From Octopus vulgaris (Eukaryota): 64,000 bases of DNA. The stretch's first letter is position 1. Each line of letters opens with the position of its first letter. Where the stretch lies: positions 85,684,001-85,748,000 of the forward strand of contig OX597822.1 in the NCBI GenBank assembly GCA_951406725.2. Direction: 5' to 3'. Of this stretch, positions 52,478 through 64,000 are shown piece after piece. The translations under genes were made by a program, and so were the position numbers. The notes under the pieces are model-generated. The model was not told the DNA's origin. It saw nothing but the letters and a program-made list of their open reading frames with translations, and did no database searches.

Positions 52478-53224
52478 AGAGCAGTGCATGCAATCAAAGT
52501 GACACTGGGGTAAAAATACATGAAGCCCAGTGTACCCATCATGACTATGATGCTCCCCCACTACTTTTGTTCGTTATTAGAGATACGCATACCATCAGCC
52601 ACTGAGGGACATGCTCAACTGGTTAAAGTCAAACAACTGACAAATAGATCTGTGGTACTGGGCAGAATATTTGCTGTAACCCATCTTTTATACCAAGACA
52701 AAACAATTTACATGATAACACTTTCATACAAAGCCCAGTATACCCATCATGGCTACCTGTCTGATTAGGGTACACCAGGCACATGTATCACAACCATATG
52801 TGCACAACATGCTAATCTCATATCAAGATAAACAGCACATGACCTGACAGGTGGGGCCCAGCTAGAATTTTCTTCAGGTCAAAGGGTCCATCCCACTCAA
52901 AAGGTCCCTGAATAAGGGTTGTTTAAGGATGTTGAACAAAACATCCATGTTTCCAGGGGTGAATTATTCAAACTCCAAAGAATCCCTCTCAACACATGGC
53001 TATGATGCTCCCCCACTACTTCTGATCGTGATCGGAGATGCACATATTGTCAGCCATAAAGGGACATGCTAACTGGTTATGGTCAAACAACTGAAAAGCA
53101 AATCTATGGTATTGAGCAGAATATTTGCTGTACCCTATCTTTTATACCAAGACAAAACAATGTCCATGATAACACTTCCAATCAGTTAAGATCAGAAGCC
53201 ATGAAAGCCACTGTCTGGTACTGC
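52473..53224 (-). mobile_element. Unclassified non-coding retroposon-like repeat with (ATT)n tail and internal duplication
   Basis: Ends gcatgcactgctctctc-(ATT)n on the minus strand; a block of about 185 bp occurs at 52540-52724 and 52995-53178. Confidence 0.5.
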
Positions 53225-53883
53225 TGCTGAGCTGGCAGAATCATTACCACACCAGACAAAAGGTTTAGCAGCATTTTCATCAGTCTTTACGTTCTGAGTT
53301 CAAATTCTGCTAAAGTCGACTTTACCTTTCATCCTTTCAGGACAATAAAATAAATACCTATTTCTTTACTACCCACAAGAAGCTAAACATAGAGGGGACA
53401 AACAAGGACAGACACATGGATTAAGTTGATTACATCGACCCTAGTGCGTAACTGGTACTTAATTTATCGACCCCGAAAGGATGAAAGGCAAAGTCAACCT
53501 CGGCGGAATTTGAACTGAGAATGTAATGGCAGACGAAATACGGCTACGCATTTCGCCCGGCGTGCTAACGTTTCTGCCAGCTCGCCGCCACAATAAAATA
53601 AATACCAGTTGCACACTGGGGTTGAAATAAACAACTAAACCTCCCCACCAGAATTTCTGGCCTTGTGCCTATATGTAGAAAGCATTTCTACCACCACCAC
53701 ACAAGTAACACCAGATACTACTTGCTATGGCACCAGATTCAAAATATTCCCCACCCCATCCCATACTTCTTTCATGAGGGGTGGAAACAGACTCTACAAG
53801 GGGGTGCAGCATTATTGCACTCAGCAAGTAGTGTGAACACTATATACTTGACAAATGTTTTGCTGATTTCCAGTATGTATATA

Positions 53884-53930
<47 letters not shown>

Positions 53931-55313
53931 CCACCTATGCAGAAATTGAAGAGGTGTTGCAATAGCTGTAGTAAAAGACAGTGGTTTTTTAGCCTAAGGT
54001 CATTCCTGATTGAGTATAACTCTCATCAAAGGATTTCTGGCCCTGACCAGCATATATACTAGGGTAACCAATGTGACCTCCCTTTTTTTAAGACAAAAGC
54101 ATAGGATTTTCAAGGAGATCTGGCTGCTATTTCTAACATACAGCAGTTCCCTTGTCATCTCAAAAATAGTCACAGTTGTCGTTTAACACCAGGTCAGCAC
54201 CCTTTGAGCTGTTTTATGCTGAAAAATATTTCAACTATAATTATCTTGTCTTTCTAAAGCTACATTTCTTCTCCATAATTAAGATAGTAATGGTGTGATT
54301 CGAAGAAGATATTACTGCTATTTCTAGCAGATCAAGTGAAAATGCAGAAGTTTTCTCATTAACACTGTGGCAGATGTGTATAATGACCCTATGATACTAA
54401 CTAAACAAACTGCAGGGTGTCAAGCTAATTAACTCAATAAATTATGTGTAAATGTAATCAAAAGTTATTGAGGCACCAGCTGAAGACTTGGTCTTTGAGT
54501 TATTTATGAAGTACATGTCAGCTGGACAGAGACCATCCTTTCACAAACAACTACACACCATAAAAAATAATAGTGGCAGAAGAGTATTAATAACCAAGAG
54601 GTAATATTTATCTCCATGTGAAAGTTGATGTTTTGTTAGAACGTAGAAAACTGCATTATTTGCCCAGAGAGAACCGCTCTAGTGGACTTGTGGTGCATAG
54701 AAGCACTCATGTTTATATCGCTAGCAGGAGAGAATCCTCAGTCATCACCACCGGGACTTCAGATCACATGATTTTAGCCTTCCTTGGCCTTGTCAAGGGC
54801 AGATGCCTGATGCTAGAGAAAACAGTGATTCGCTTGTCAGCGATATTTAGAAGCTCAGCACCTAATCAAGCACTGGTATCACAAAAAGCCAATGAGCTTA
54901 TTAAAAAATAATTAATAGAGTAACAGAAGCAATATTAAGACCAAAAGGCATCCTTAATTTCCGACTTAGCAGTGGTGGTCGTTTTACAACACAAAATGCT
55001 GTGTTATTTCACCTGAGCAAATAATGCAATATTCTACGTTCTAACCCTCACCTCCACTTTTATGTGGGGACAACTGCACACCACATTTCATTCCTCTTTT
55101 ATATTGTACCCTAAATAAGATTTAGATGTATTTTACCCCAGTATCTTACTGGTATCCATTCTCCTACCACCAGTCAATCAGATGTTCATAATTTTGGTAT
55201 TTCTAACTGAGGCTGGAAGCTAACTGCCTGATAGACTCTTGTTTCTTCCTTAATGGTATTTCCTAAGCACTGATCTATCCTAACAACTTGGACTTTTAGA
55301 TGATTCCTCCTCT

Positions 55314-55787
55314 TATTTATATTATTTACATTTGACAGATATTTCTCCTCATCTTGTTTGTTGTTAACACAACATTTCAGCTGATATACTCTCCAGCTTT
55401 CATCAGGTGTCTTGAGAAAATTTCGAACCTGGGTTCTCATTCTTAAGGTATTTTTCGATTATTATTAATATTATTATTATTATTCAGGTCACTGCCTGGA
55501 ATCGAACTTGGAATCTTGGGGTTAGTAGCCCGTGCTCTGAACCATTATGCCATATGCCTGTGGGTTAAGAGCGCGAGCTACTAACCCCAAGATTCTGAGT
55601 TCAATTCCAGGCAGTGACCTGAATAATAATAATAATAATAATAATATCGAAAAATACCTTAAGAATGAGAACCCAGGTTCGAAATTTCCCCAAGACACCT
55701 GATGAAGGCTGGAGGGTATATCAGCCGAAGCATTGTGTTTAACAACAAACAAGATGAAGACAAATATCCGTCAAATGTAAATACTGT
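55314..55787. mobile_element. Non-coding inverted pair of the tRNA-head/hammerhead module
   Basis: Minus arm begins GGCATATGG near 55558; plus arm from about 55560; arms are reverse complements over about 230 bp; no clear TSD. Confidence 0.85.
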
Positions 55788-56202
55788 TAAATGAGGGGAA
55801 TATGTTGAATAAAATCATAATTAACTGATCCTCTTGTTTCCTTTTACTGTAAGCCATGAATATTTCAGCACCCGCTTCTAGTGAAATGGAAATTAAATTG
55901 TACTCTTTTAACAAGGGAGAAAAGGCACAAAGGTGAAGATAATAATAATAATGATAATAATAATGATTTCGAATTTTGGCACAGGGCCAGCAGCTTTTAA
56001 GGGGAGGGAGAAGTCAATTACATTGATCCCAGTGCTTGGCTGGTGTTTATTTTATCAACCACCAAAGGATGAAAGGCAAAGTTGACCTCAACAGGGTTTG
56101 AACTCGGAACATAAAGACAGAGGAAATGCTTTGCAACATTTTGTACAACATGTTAACGATTCTGCCAGCTCGCCACCTTAGTAGTAATAATAATAATAAT
56201 AG

Positions 56203-56430
56203 AAGGCGGTAAGCTGGCAGAATCGTTAGCACACCAGGTGAAATGTTTAGCGGTATTTCATCTGCCGCTGCATTCTGAGTTCAAATTCCGCCGAGGTTGA
56301 CTTTGCCTTTCATCCTTTTGGGGTTGATTAATTAAGTACCAGTTACGCACCGGGGTCGATGTAAACGACTTAGTCCCTTTGTCTGTCATTGCTTGTCCCC
56401 TCTATGTTTAGCCCCTTGTGGGCAATAAAT
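56203..56430 (+). mobile_element. tRNA-derived SINE family B (representative copy)
   Basis: ggcggtaagctggcagaatcgttagc...gagttcaaattcc (B box)...ctttcatccttttggggttgat...aagtaccag conserved core. Copies near 8650-8865(-), 11690-11900(+), 22534-22752(+), 24905-25085(+), 25132-25345(+), 33635-33825(+), 49905-50115(+), 53225-53680(+), 53359-53589(-), 55965-56180(-), 56447-56663(-), 63785-63985(-). Confidence 0.8.
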
Positions 56431-57599
56431 AATTAAATACTAATAATTCTTTCTACTGAAGGCACAAGGCCTGATATTTGAGGGGAGGGGGACTAGTTGA
56501 TTACATCAACCTCAATGAAACACTGGTTCTTAATTTATCGACCCCGAAAGGATGAAAGACAAAATCGGCCTCAGTGGAATTCGAACTCGGAACATAAGGA
56601 CAGACAAAAATGCTGCTAAGCATTCCATCTGGCATGCTAACAATTCTGCCAGCCCACTGCCTTTAAAAGCAAACTTGTTGTTCAGGATTTGAACCAGGAA
56701 CACAAAGTGATCTTCAGGAAACATAACACCATAACCTCTGCACCATCTTCTAAGGAGGAGGAGGAGGAGGGAAAAAGAAAGAAAGAAGAAAGAAAGGAGG
56801 AGGAGGAGGTGGAGGATTACTGATCTTGATCCAGGAGTAGCAACTTTAATTACCTCAACCCCAGTATTTGACTGGTACTTGTTCCATCAATTCTGATATG
56901 ACCAGCAGTCAGAAATAACCGAGATGCTGTGCTGTCCATTAATCATTAGACTGAAGGTAACAAACACTAAAGTATTTACAGCAGATTTGAGCCAACAACC
57001 TTTCAGATTGTAGTGTTGTCAGTTGTTTTATGTTTTGTGTGGAATGTAAAGTTGGGAGCGGGGGGACTTCTCAGAGGAATGGTGCGGGGGAGAGACGAAA
57101 CAAGAAAGAAAAAAAAAATGGAGATTATTTAAGTAACCAAGAATAAATAGCTCTATAACTGGAACCAGAAATAACAAGAGAACATAAGGAGGACAAGCGG
57201 AAGTGGGGGGGGCAAGGGGGGAGTGAGTGATGTGCTGGAACCTATGTTCTCCCTCCTCTTCTTTCTACAACTTTTGTTAGGTTATTGGCCTCTATAAATA
57301 TGTAACACTAATAATGACTAAAATTACAAACTTCTGTTTTGTCCTATTTCAGCATTCCTCCTCCTCCTCCCTCTTCTCTCTTTCTCTCTCTCCACCACTT
57401 GTCTTCCTTTCATTTTACATGCCCCTCGTCTTTCCTCCAACCAGCTTTCTCTATTTCTCAACCATTTCCTCTCAAACACCCACTCCCCCTCCCAAAGTTT
57501 GCTCCCTCCATCCTCCCATCTCCTCTCGTCCTCCTCATTGAATTCCATCAAAACGAGATAATACTTCTTTAACAAGATCAATTACAATGTTTTATTGTA

Positions 57600-59330
57600 A
57601 GGAACCAAATCACAGAATAGCGCTTATTCCTTAGATTGTCGAAGCCAACTCTACTCATACAAGTTGTCAATGAGAAGATTACAGCACAGCTCCACGCCAA
57701 TATGTCAAGATTCCAGCTAATTCCTACCAGCTGCTGTACAAATGGAATGGCCTAATAACTGTGATCCCAGCTTATAAGCTTTTCATTCAAATCAAACTCA
57801 CTGCAAAGTCTTTCAATCTGTATTTGTGTATTTAAATTATTGATACAATCATTTCACTTAACTGTCAGAAATATGTACCAGATCATTAAGAATTGTCATC
57901 CAAGGTGGACTTGCATCCTACATAGGGAGAGGTTCAATCTCTCAACCACTTAACACTATAAAACTGGAACTAAACACCGGCCATTTCAAGCTGACTAGTG
58001 AGGCATTTACACTTACTCTTGGCTAATGTCAACAGACCCTTCTCATACAAGTTACTGGTTATAAACAGATTACAGGTGACATACAGTTCTAATACAGTTT
58101 TAAATTAAAAACCAATACCTGCCAGGTGGTGACAGCCACCTCTTCTAGCTGACAAATTAACATTGAGCTAATTACACACATATCATGCACCAGAAATCAA
58201 CTGTGTTTACCAAAAGAAACTATACCAGGCTACACTGCTGAGTTTACATTGAAATTTCATCTGCAGACAAAACATTCCTCTTTGTTTTGTAACCAAATTC
58301 CTATCACAGCCAGACAAAGTCTGTGATTTAGAGATCAGTTGGATATGTTTCGTTTTACATCACATTTAAATATCTAAAAGAAATTATGGCTTAATCAGAG
58401 AAAAAACAATGCTCTGGACCATTTTCAGAGCCCCTGGAACTAATTGGAGGAAGTTATCTTTAGAGTGGAGCCATGGCCAAACTGCTTGCAACAGAACCAA
58501 AATCATGCAGTTCTTGGTCTCTATTTACCAACAGATGATTCTCAATGACTTCAAGAATCAGTGGAGCATCCTCTGCCTGTAATCGATTCACATAGATTCT
58601 ATGTCAATAAAGTTTGTAGCTCCATTGAACATTATACATTTCTTGGTGTATAGTAGCTTTATTAAAGGGAAATGATTTTAGGTTGAGCAACAACATTACA
58701 TAAACATACTGAGATTTGTAAAATTTATTTCATCCGTGAAATAAAGTCTTTCTAAAATTTTTGCCAGCAGACCATCTTCATCACACTGATCCTTGAAAAT
58801 ATGAGACTCCACAGAGACTAAAATATCAAATGATTTATGTTTTTGAAAAACAACAATTTGCTTTAGAAATATCTTGCCACACAGGAATATATGCTAAGAA
58901 GTAGAATATTAGACCATCCCAGATAGAACTAGGGATGGTAGACAAGTAAGTGACATCAGTCTTTTAAAGATGCTTATGCCACATCAGCCAGCTTCTGCAA
59001 AGATTTGTCTCAAAATATAATCATAAAATTTAGAGCTGACCTTGAGAGAAACAGAGGAGTGTCAGTTTAATTCCTGTAACTGTGAAGGACATTCCTTAAG
59101 ACTTGTCAACGCTTAAAGAAAATGACAATGACCTTGGAAAATAAAGGTATTTACTCTGAAATGGTGAGCTGGCTGATGGAATGAGAAGAAGAGTAGTTAC
59201 ACTGGAAATATTTTCTCCATTGAAGTGAAAATGCTAGTTTTGAGAACATTGGTTAGAAGAATTTTGATAATGTGGGACGATCACAGAGTTTTGGTGCCTC
59301 CAAATTTCAGATCAACTAAATAATGTATGG
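57600..59330 (+). mobile_element. Highly degraded Ty3/Gypsy-like pol remnant
   Basis: EHPLPVIDS (58564-58590, resembles RT YPLP.I.D) and LIMWDDHRVLVPPNFR (59264-59311, resembles pre-integrase L.W..RV.VP..LR) in the expected order; no long ORF. Confidence 0.4.
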
Positions 59331-59582
59331 TCCTATTTTCAGTTATAGATTGGGAGGAGGAACAGCAACTAGATGAAAAATTGGGGTAACTTTGCTTGGT
59401 AGGGTCAACTGACTGATATCAGCCTGACTGAGCTGCAATTGGTTCGGTAATGAGGGCCACAACATCACTTTTAGTAGCTAACATGGCACATTCAGAAAGC
59501 TACAAATGGTTTTCATAATTTTGTGAGAGGCTAAGAAAAATTTCCAATAGCATTTCTAGAAATAAGGATGTGGATGTGAAAG

Positions 59583-59615
<33 letters not shown>

Positions 59616-59659
59616 ATGCACATACATACACACACATATACATGCACGCATATACTCAT

Positions 59660-60126
59660 CTCAGGACAGAGTGTCTTGGGACAGATATGGAAAATGCCCC
59701 TGTTATTGAATACATACATAAACATCCACACAAGGAAAACTGGTGGATCATTTCCATCAAAACTTCTGTCAAAAGTAAACAACAGAGCAGATATCATTGT
59801 TCAGGACAGACAAAAAGAAGTATGTGCCATCACTGAAGTCAACTGTCCTGTTGGTGAGAATATTTCTTTGAAAATCAAAGGGAAAGAGGATGACAATGGA
59901 CAACTGCTTCAGAACCTCCAGTTGGTATAATCCAGATTATAAATTCCCATTTATACCAATAAGAACTGGCGCCCTTTGGTTTTGTGAGTAAATGACTAAG
60001 TGACAATCTAGATACACTAGGGTTTTCAGAACAAGGAAATCAACCAAACTGATTCACATATTACAATTACAATCTGTAAGTGGAACAGTAAAAATATACA
60101 AGACTTTCATCAAGTTTAAAATGTGA
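59660..60126 (+). mobile_element. R4/Dong-like non-LTR retrotransposon 3' fragment (restriction-like endonuclease domain)
   Basis: Frameshifted NWWIISIKT...NNRADIIVQDRQKEVCAITEVNCPVGENISLKIKGKEDDNGQLLQNL...IPIRTGAL matches the RPD...E..P...K..Y...GALG pattern. Confidence 0.7.
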
Positions 60127-61273
60127 CATTGTTTTCATTATCTACATTCCAATGATGGAGCTTTGTATCTTCATTAGAGACCAGCTCCTTCCTTGCAAGA
60201 ATAATTAAAAATAGAACAAACAAACAATCATACATGCATATGTGTGTACATACATCATACATATGATAAATGTATTTAGTGATGGTCATTACAAGACTGG
60301 TGATGAGAAATGAAACATTAACCATTCCTATAATGTATTGTCACATCATTCACTTGGCCAGCTGTGAATCTCTAGAGATCATAATTCATATTAAACTTTA
60401 ATATGAAATGTTTTCTAGAGCTGTAGGAGGTAAATTAACATGACAGTGTGCAAAAAAACACAGAACTCAGGAGAACTGCACTTAACACAAACACAATTTT
60501 ATAAGGAAGGGCTAAACAAATATGCAACCTAGTCTAGAGACAGGGGTTAAAGAAAACTGGCAAACCTTGCTAATACAATTCAAATACTAATTAAAGGAAA
60601 CGTGCATTTAATGCAGAAATAGCTTTCAGATTGGCAGGTATAAAAAAGCTAAACAAACAAAAATAAGAAGGAAAAAAAATGACAATTAAAGATTTTCAAA
60701 AAGAAAGATGCAAATAATATTTTTTAAAAATCTATATATAAAAATAAAGCAAGAATTAAACTAAATGTAAAAAAAAAGTTTAAATTTCAAGAAGTAAAAT
60801 ATTGGATAAAGAACATGTTTTTACCAATATTGCAATCGATCATTAACTGACATGATTAGTTTTAGTCAAGATTTTTGTTATTTATCATTTTATCATCATC
60901 ATCACCTTTATCATTATCATCATCCAGTATAAATGATCGATGTCAATTCAGCACACCATTTACTATTTTCTTCAAGAAAGCGTATAATATTCCCATTTTA
61001 GAATTTATCATTAATATTTATTTCTTCATTGTTTTTTCTTTGCATTTAAATCCATCTTTCGTTTTTTTTTACTGTTTCTTACTTTCATTTATTTTCCTTT
61101 TACCTCTTGAATAAAAATGTACAGAGTCTTGCAAAAACCCTTCACAAACATAAAGAATTGGTGAAGCAGATTATCAGCATGGTTTGTGCAAGTCTAAGAC
61201 AACCAAAAAAAAAAAGAAGAAAAGAGAATAATTTGCATTTTCATATAAAATAGATGCTGAGAAATTGGTTTAC

Positions 61274-61282
61274 CTGGATGTC
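61274..61282 (-). CDS. ZMYND11: Candidate 9-nt microexon of ZMYND11 (Asp-Ile-Gln)
   Basis: Minus strand: ctTAAC branch-like site, ttcttgtattctctttctgttactcttag|GACATCCAG|gtaaac; in frame between two phase-0 exons. Confidence 0.6.
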
Positions 61283-62172
61283 CTAAGAGTAACAGAAAGA
61301 GAATACAAGAATATTGGTTAAGATATAGCAACAGTTTGGGAATAATTTTATTGATTTTTTTATTAACTTAAATACATGACAAAACAGTCATTTTCACTCA
61401 CCACAAGAGCAACGAAGCAGTAAACAATGGGAATAAAATTCGGTCATGAGAGAAGAGCTAACAAGATGGAGAGTTGCACCAGGCTCCAATTGTCTGTTCT
61501 GCTAGGTTTCCTATGACTGGATGCTTTTCTTAATGCCAACCACTTTACAAAATGTACTGGATGCTTTTTAAAGGGTTCACTGATCTTACTGTGTGGCACC
61601 TTATGTTAGGGTTTTCTACCTCAGACTTTGTGAATGGAAACAGTTCAGAAGCTGATCATATAAACTGAAATATATTCTTGAGTGGTAGACTTAATTTGTC
61701 AACTAGCTTAATCTCCCCGCACCTGGTCCTTAAGAGTCTTTAACTGGGCCCATTCTGTTGTAAATATTGAGATCAGGTCTGAGAATAACCCACAAGTTGG
61801 TAACCTGACAAAAAAATCCCGGGTTCTGCACTTCCTCTTCTAAGTGATGAAAAAAAAAGTATCTGAGTGGGTTTTGGGGCGTTCATCTCTATGATAAGGC
61901 CACCAATTATCAAATATTTGAATTTTTTTTACAATTATAGAATTCATGAAGCTGGTTTGTCTAACAAAATAATTTTTGAAATAGAACAAAGAAAATGAAG
62001 AAGTCAAGCCAAATTCTATTTCAATATCGGTACTGTCTGAGTAAACACAAAATGTGAAACGGTTCACAAGGAAAATTGATTTAAGACATTTTCTTCTTTT
62101 TTGTTAAAATCTGAAATTTAAATAAAGGGTGGGGGTGGGGTGGGGATGTTAGATTGAATTTAATTTCTTTAC

Positions 62173-62328
62173 CTTGCAAATATAACATATGTGCTTGTGA
62201 CCATTAGTATAAGATTCTTCTTCTTCTTCAAAGCAACTTAAATGGAAAACACGCCAACATTTGTTGCAGCTAATAACATCTCCTGGACCATGGCATTTGA
62301 AACAATACCAATCATGGCCATCATCAAC
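62173..62328 (-). CDS. ZMYND11: ZMYND11 (BS69) exon: PHD finger (first coding exon found in window)
   Basis: ttctttacag|GTTGAT...TGCAAG|gtaaag; 156 nt, phase 0-0; VDDGHDWYCFKCHGPGDVISCNKCWRVFHLSCFEEEEESYTNGHKHICYICK is a C4HC3 finger with the ZMYND11-type HDWYCF start. Confidence 0.93.
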
Positions 62329-63049
62329 CTGTAAAGAACAATACAAAAACAATACAATCGCTGAATTAGTTAAAGAGTTGCAGTAAAGGGTCAACTAGAG
62401 TTAAAATAGAAGGGAGTTGTTGAGAGAGCCATTGATAGAGAATTTATTCTGATAGTGGCAGAAATGATAGAAATAGACCCTCTTCTCTCATTGTTCAAGG
62501 TCAATAGAAGATTGGCAACTGAGCAATTTAATCTAATGAAACACTACATATTGACATATATGCACAAGAACAGCACCCAGTAGACTCTGTAAAGTGGATA
62601 GCATTAAGAAGGGCATCCAGCCATAGACACTGTACCAAAGATGATATTGGGGGGGCTCATCATAGTCTGGTGGCTTGACAGGTCCTGTCATCTGCCCAAC
62701 CCATATCCAGTGGCTTGGCAGTTCCTATCAAACTGTCCAACCCATGCCTAGTGGCTTGACAGTTCCTCTCAAACTGCCCAACCCATTCCAGCATGGAAAA
62801 TGGACCCTCAATTATAATAAGGTACAAACTTATAGAAACACACACACTGTCATTTTGGTAATTTGTAATTATACCAAAAGTAATGAAAATACAGTCAGGA
62901 AAAGCAAAACAAAGACAAGTAGCCAAGACACTAACTTTCTTCAGCTCGGTCTTCTTATATTTAAATAAATATTGCAAGATATGATCACAACTCTAAGCAG
63001 TAGCAGAAGCACTGCAGAACATGATGTCACACTCCACCTCAACCCACTG

Positions 63050-63367
63050 TAACATGTGTTGTCACACCTAGGCAGAGTACAGCTATCAGCTGAATCTATA
63101 ATAAAGATAGTGCCGCCCACCAGGCTCTCGAAGGAAGGTGAGGCGTGTTTTTTCCTTACAGTGGCAGTGTTGGAAGAGTGTGTTTGGAAGACTAGACTGC
63201 AAGGACTTGTGACAGGAACCTTCATCCCTGGCCCTGGATCGCTCACCTTTTTCAGATATCATGTGAAGAGCAAGATAGGGCTGGAGAGGGGACAACTGTC
63301 ACAAAGTGTGTTTGACAAAAGATGGAAGGCTGTGGTAAGAAAGGTGGGTGCAAGTGACCCTGCTTAA
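63050..63367 (+). mobile_element. Possible Tx1/L1-like LINE ORF2 C-terminal fragment
   Basis: VAVLEECVWKTRL...FFRYHVKSKIGLER..LS..VFDKRW resembles Tx1 ORF2 ends (IWKTR...F..RW). Confidence 0.4.
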
Positions 63368-64000
63368 TCTTCATAGAAAAGGAAAAAGGTGTAGTCGCTG
63401 GGCTCTTCAGTCCAGCAAGTTTTACCCCCAAAAAGTCAAAATATATATCAATCCTAAATTTTTTAAATTCAACTATCATTCAAACTCATTATAACAATAA
63501 TTGTTTGTATTGTCCTGTTTTGTCCCCTCTGTTTATGATAACAATTATTTAAAAAAACAATTCAACCCACTGTGGAATGATTTTCCACAAGAACAATTGA
63601 AATTAGCACTGAAAATGGTTGGTTATGTTTGTATCTGTAACGTGACCATCACACCCTAACAGCCTCCTATACACCAGTAGAAACAGGGGCCAGTGTCAGA
63701 GTGTTTATACTCTGTTGTAGCCCCAACCTACAACAAAAAGTCAACTGATAGCAGAGATGAAATGATAGAGCGTCCATTAAAGCTACAGGCACAAGGCCTG
63801 CAATTTGGGAGCAAGTGGCTAACCAGTTACACTGACCTCAGTCCTTGACGGATATTTTATCAACCCCGAAAGGATGAAAGGTAAAGTTGATCTCGATGGA
63901 TTTTTAAACTCAGAACATAAAGTCAGAAGAACTGCCAGAAAGTATTCCATCCAACATGCGAACCATTCTGCCAGCTCAGCACTTTTGTAGTGAAAAGCAG

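Noticed and set aside
54475-54526. ccagctgaaga...gaagtacatgtcagctgg as a decayed hammerhead; similar case at 39600-39660
   Set aside because: Core is disrupted in both; cannot be supported without a family consensus.
55486-55558. Functional tRNA gene (ACT anticodon loop)
   Set aside because: Acceptor and T stems are mispaired, there is no oligo-T terminator, and it is always embedded in the repeat; treated as a tRNA-derived head.

Overview
AT-rich, microsatellite- and repeat-dense animal genomic DNA. The repeat families suggest an octopus or other coleoid cephalopod (inference). Two genes are arranged tail-to-tail. On + are the last two coding exons of a secernin-family gene (730-930, 4081-4598). 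On - is a ZMYND11/BS69 orthologue (PHD-bromodomain-PWWP-coiled coil-MYND) with 12 phase-consistent GT-AG coding exons from 62328 down to the stop at 15564; its N-terminal exons lie beyond the window. Introns and intergenic DNA hold many SINEs, MITEs and decayed mariner, Tc1-like, RTE, R4/Dong-like, Tx1-like, CR1-like, Gypsy-like and Penelope remnants. The top finding is a module of tRNA-like Pol III head, (AAT)n and minimal type I hammerhead ribozyme. It is the 3' end of a GIY-YIG Penelope-like element at one locus and stands alone at two others, always as a head-to-head inverted pair (TSD-flanked in two of three). Also notable: two in-frame microexon candidates (9 nt and 6 nt) in the 21-kb PHD-bromodomain intron, further hammerhead relics and a 232-bp foldback. 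All calls were made by eye without database searches; repeat boundaries are approximate.
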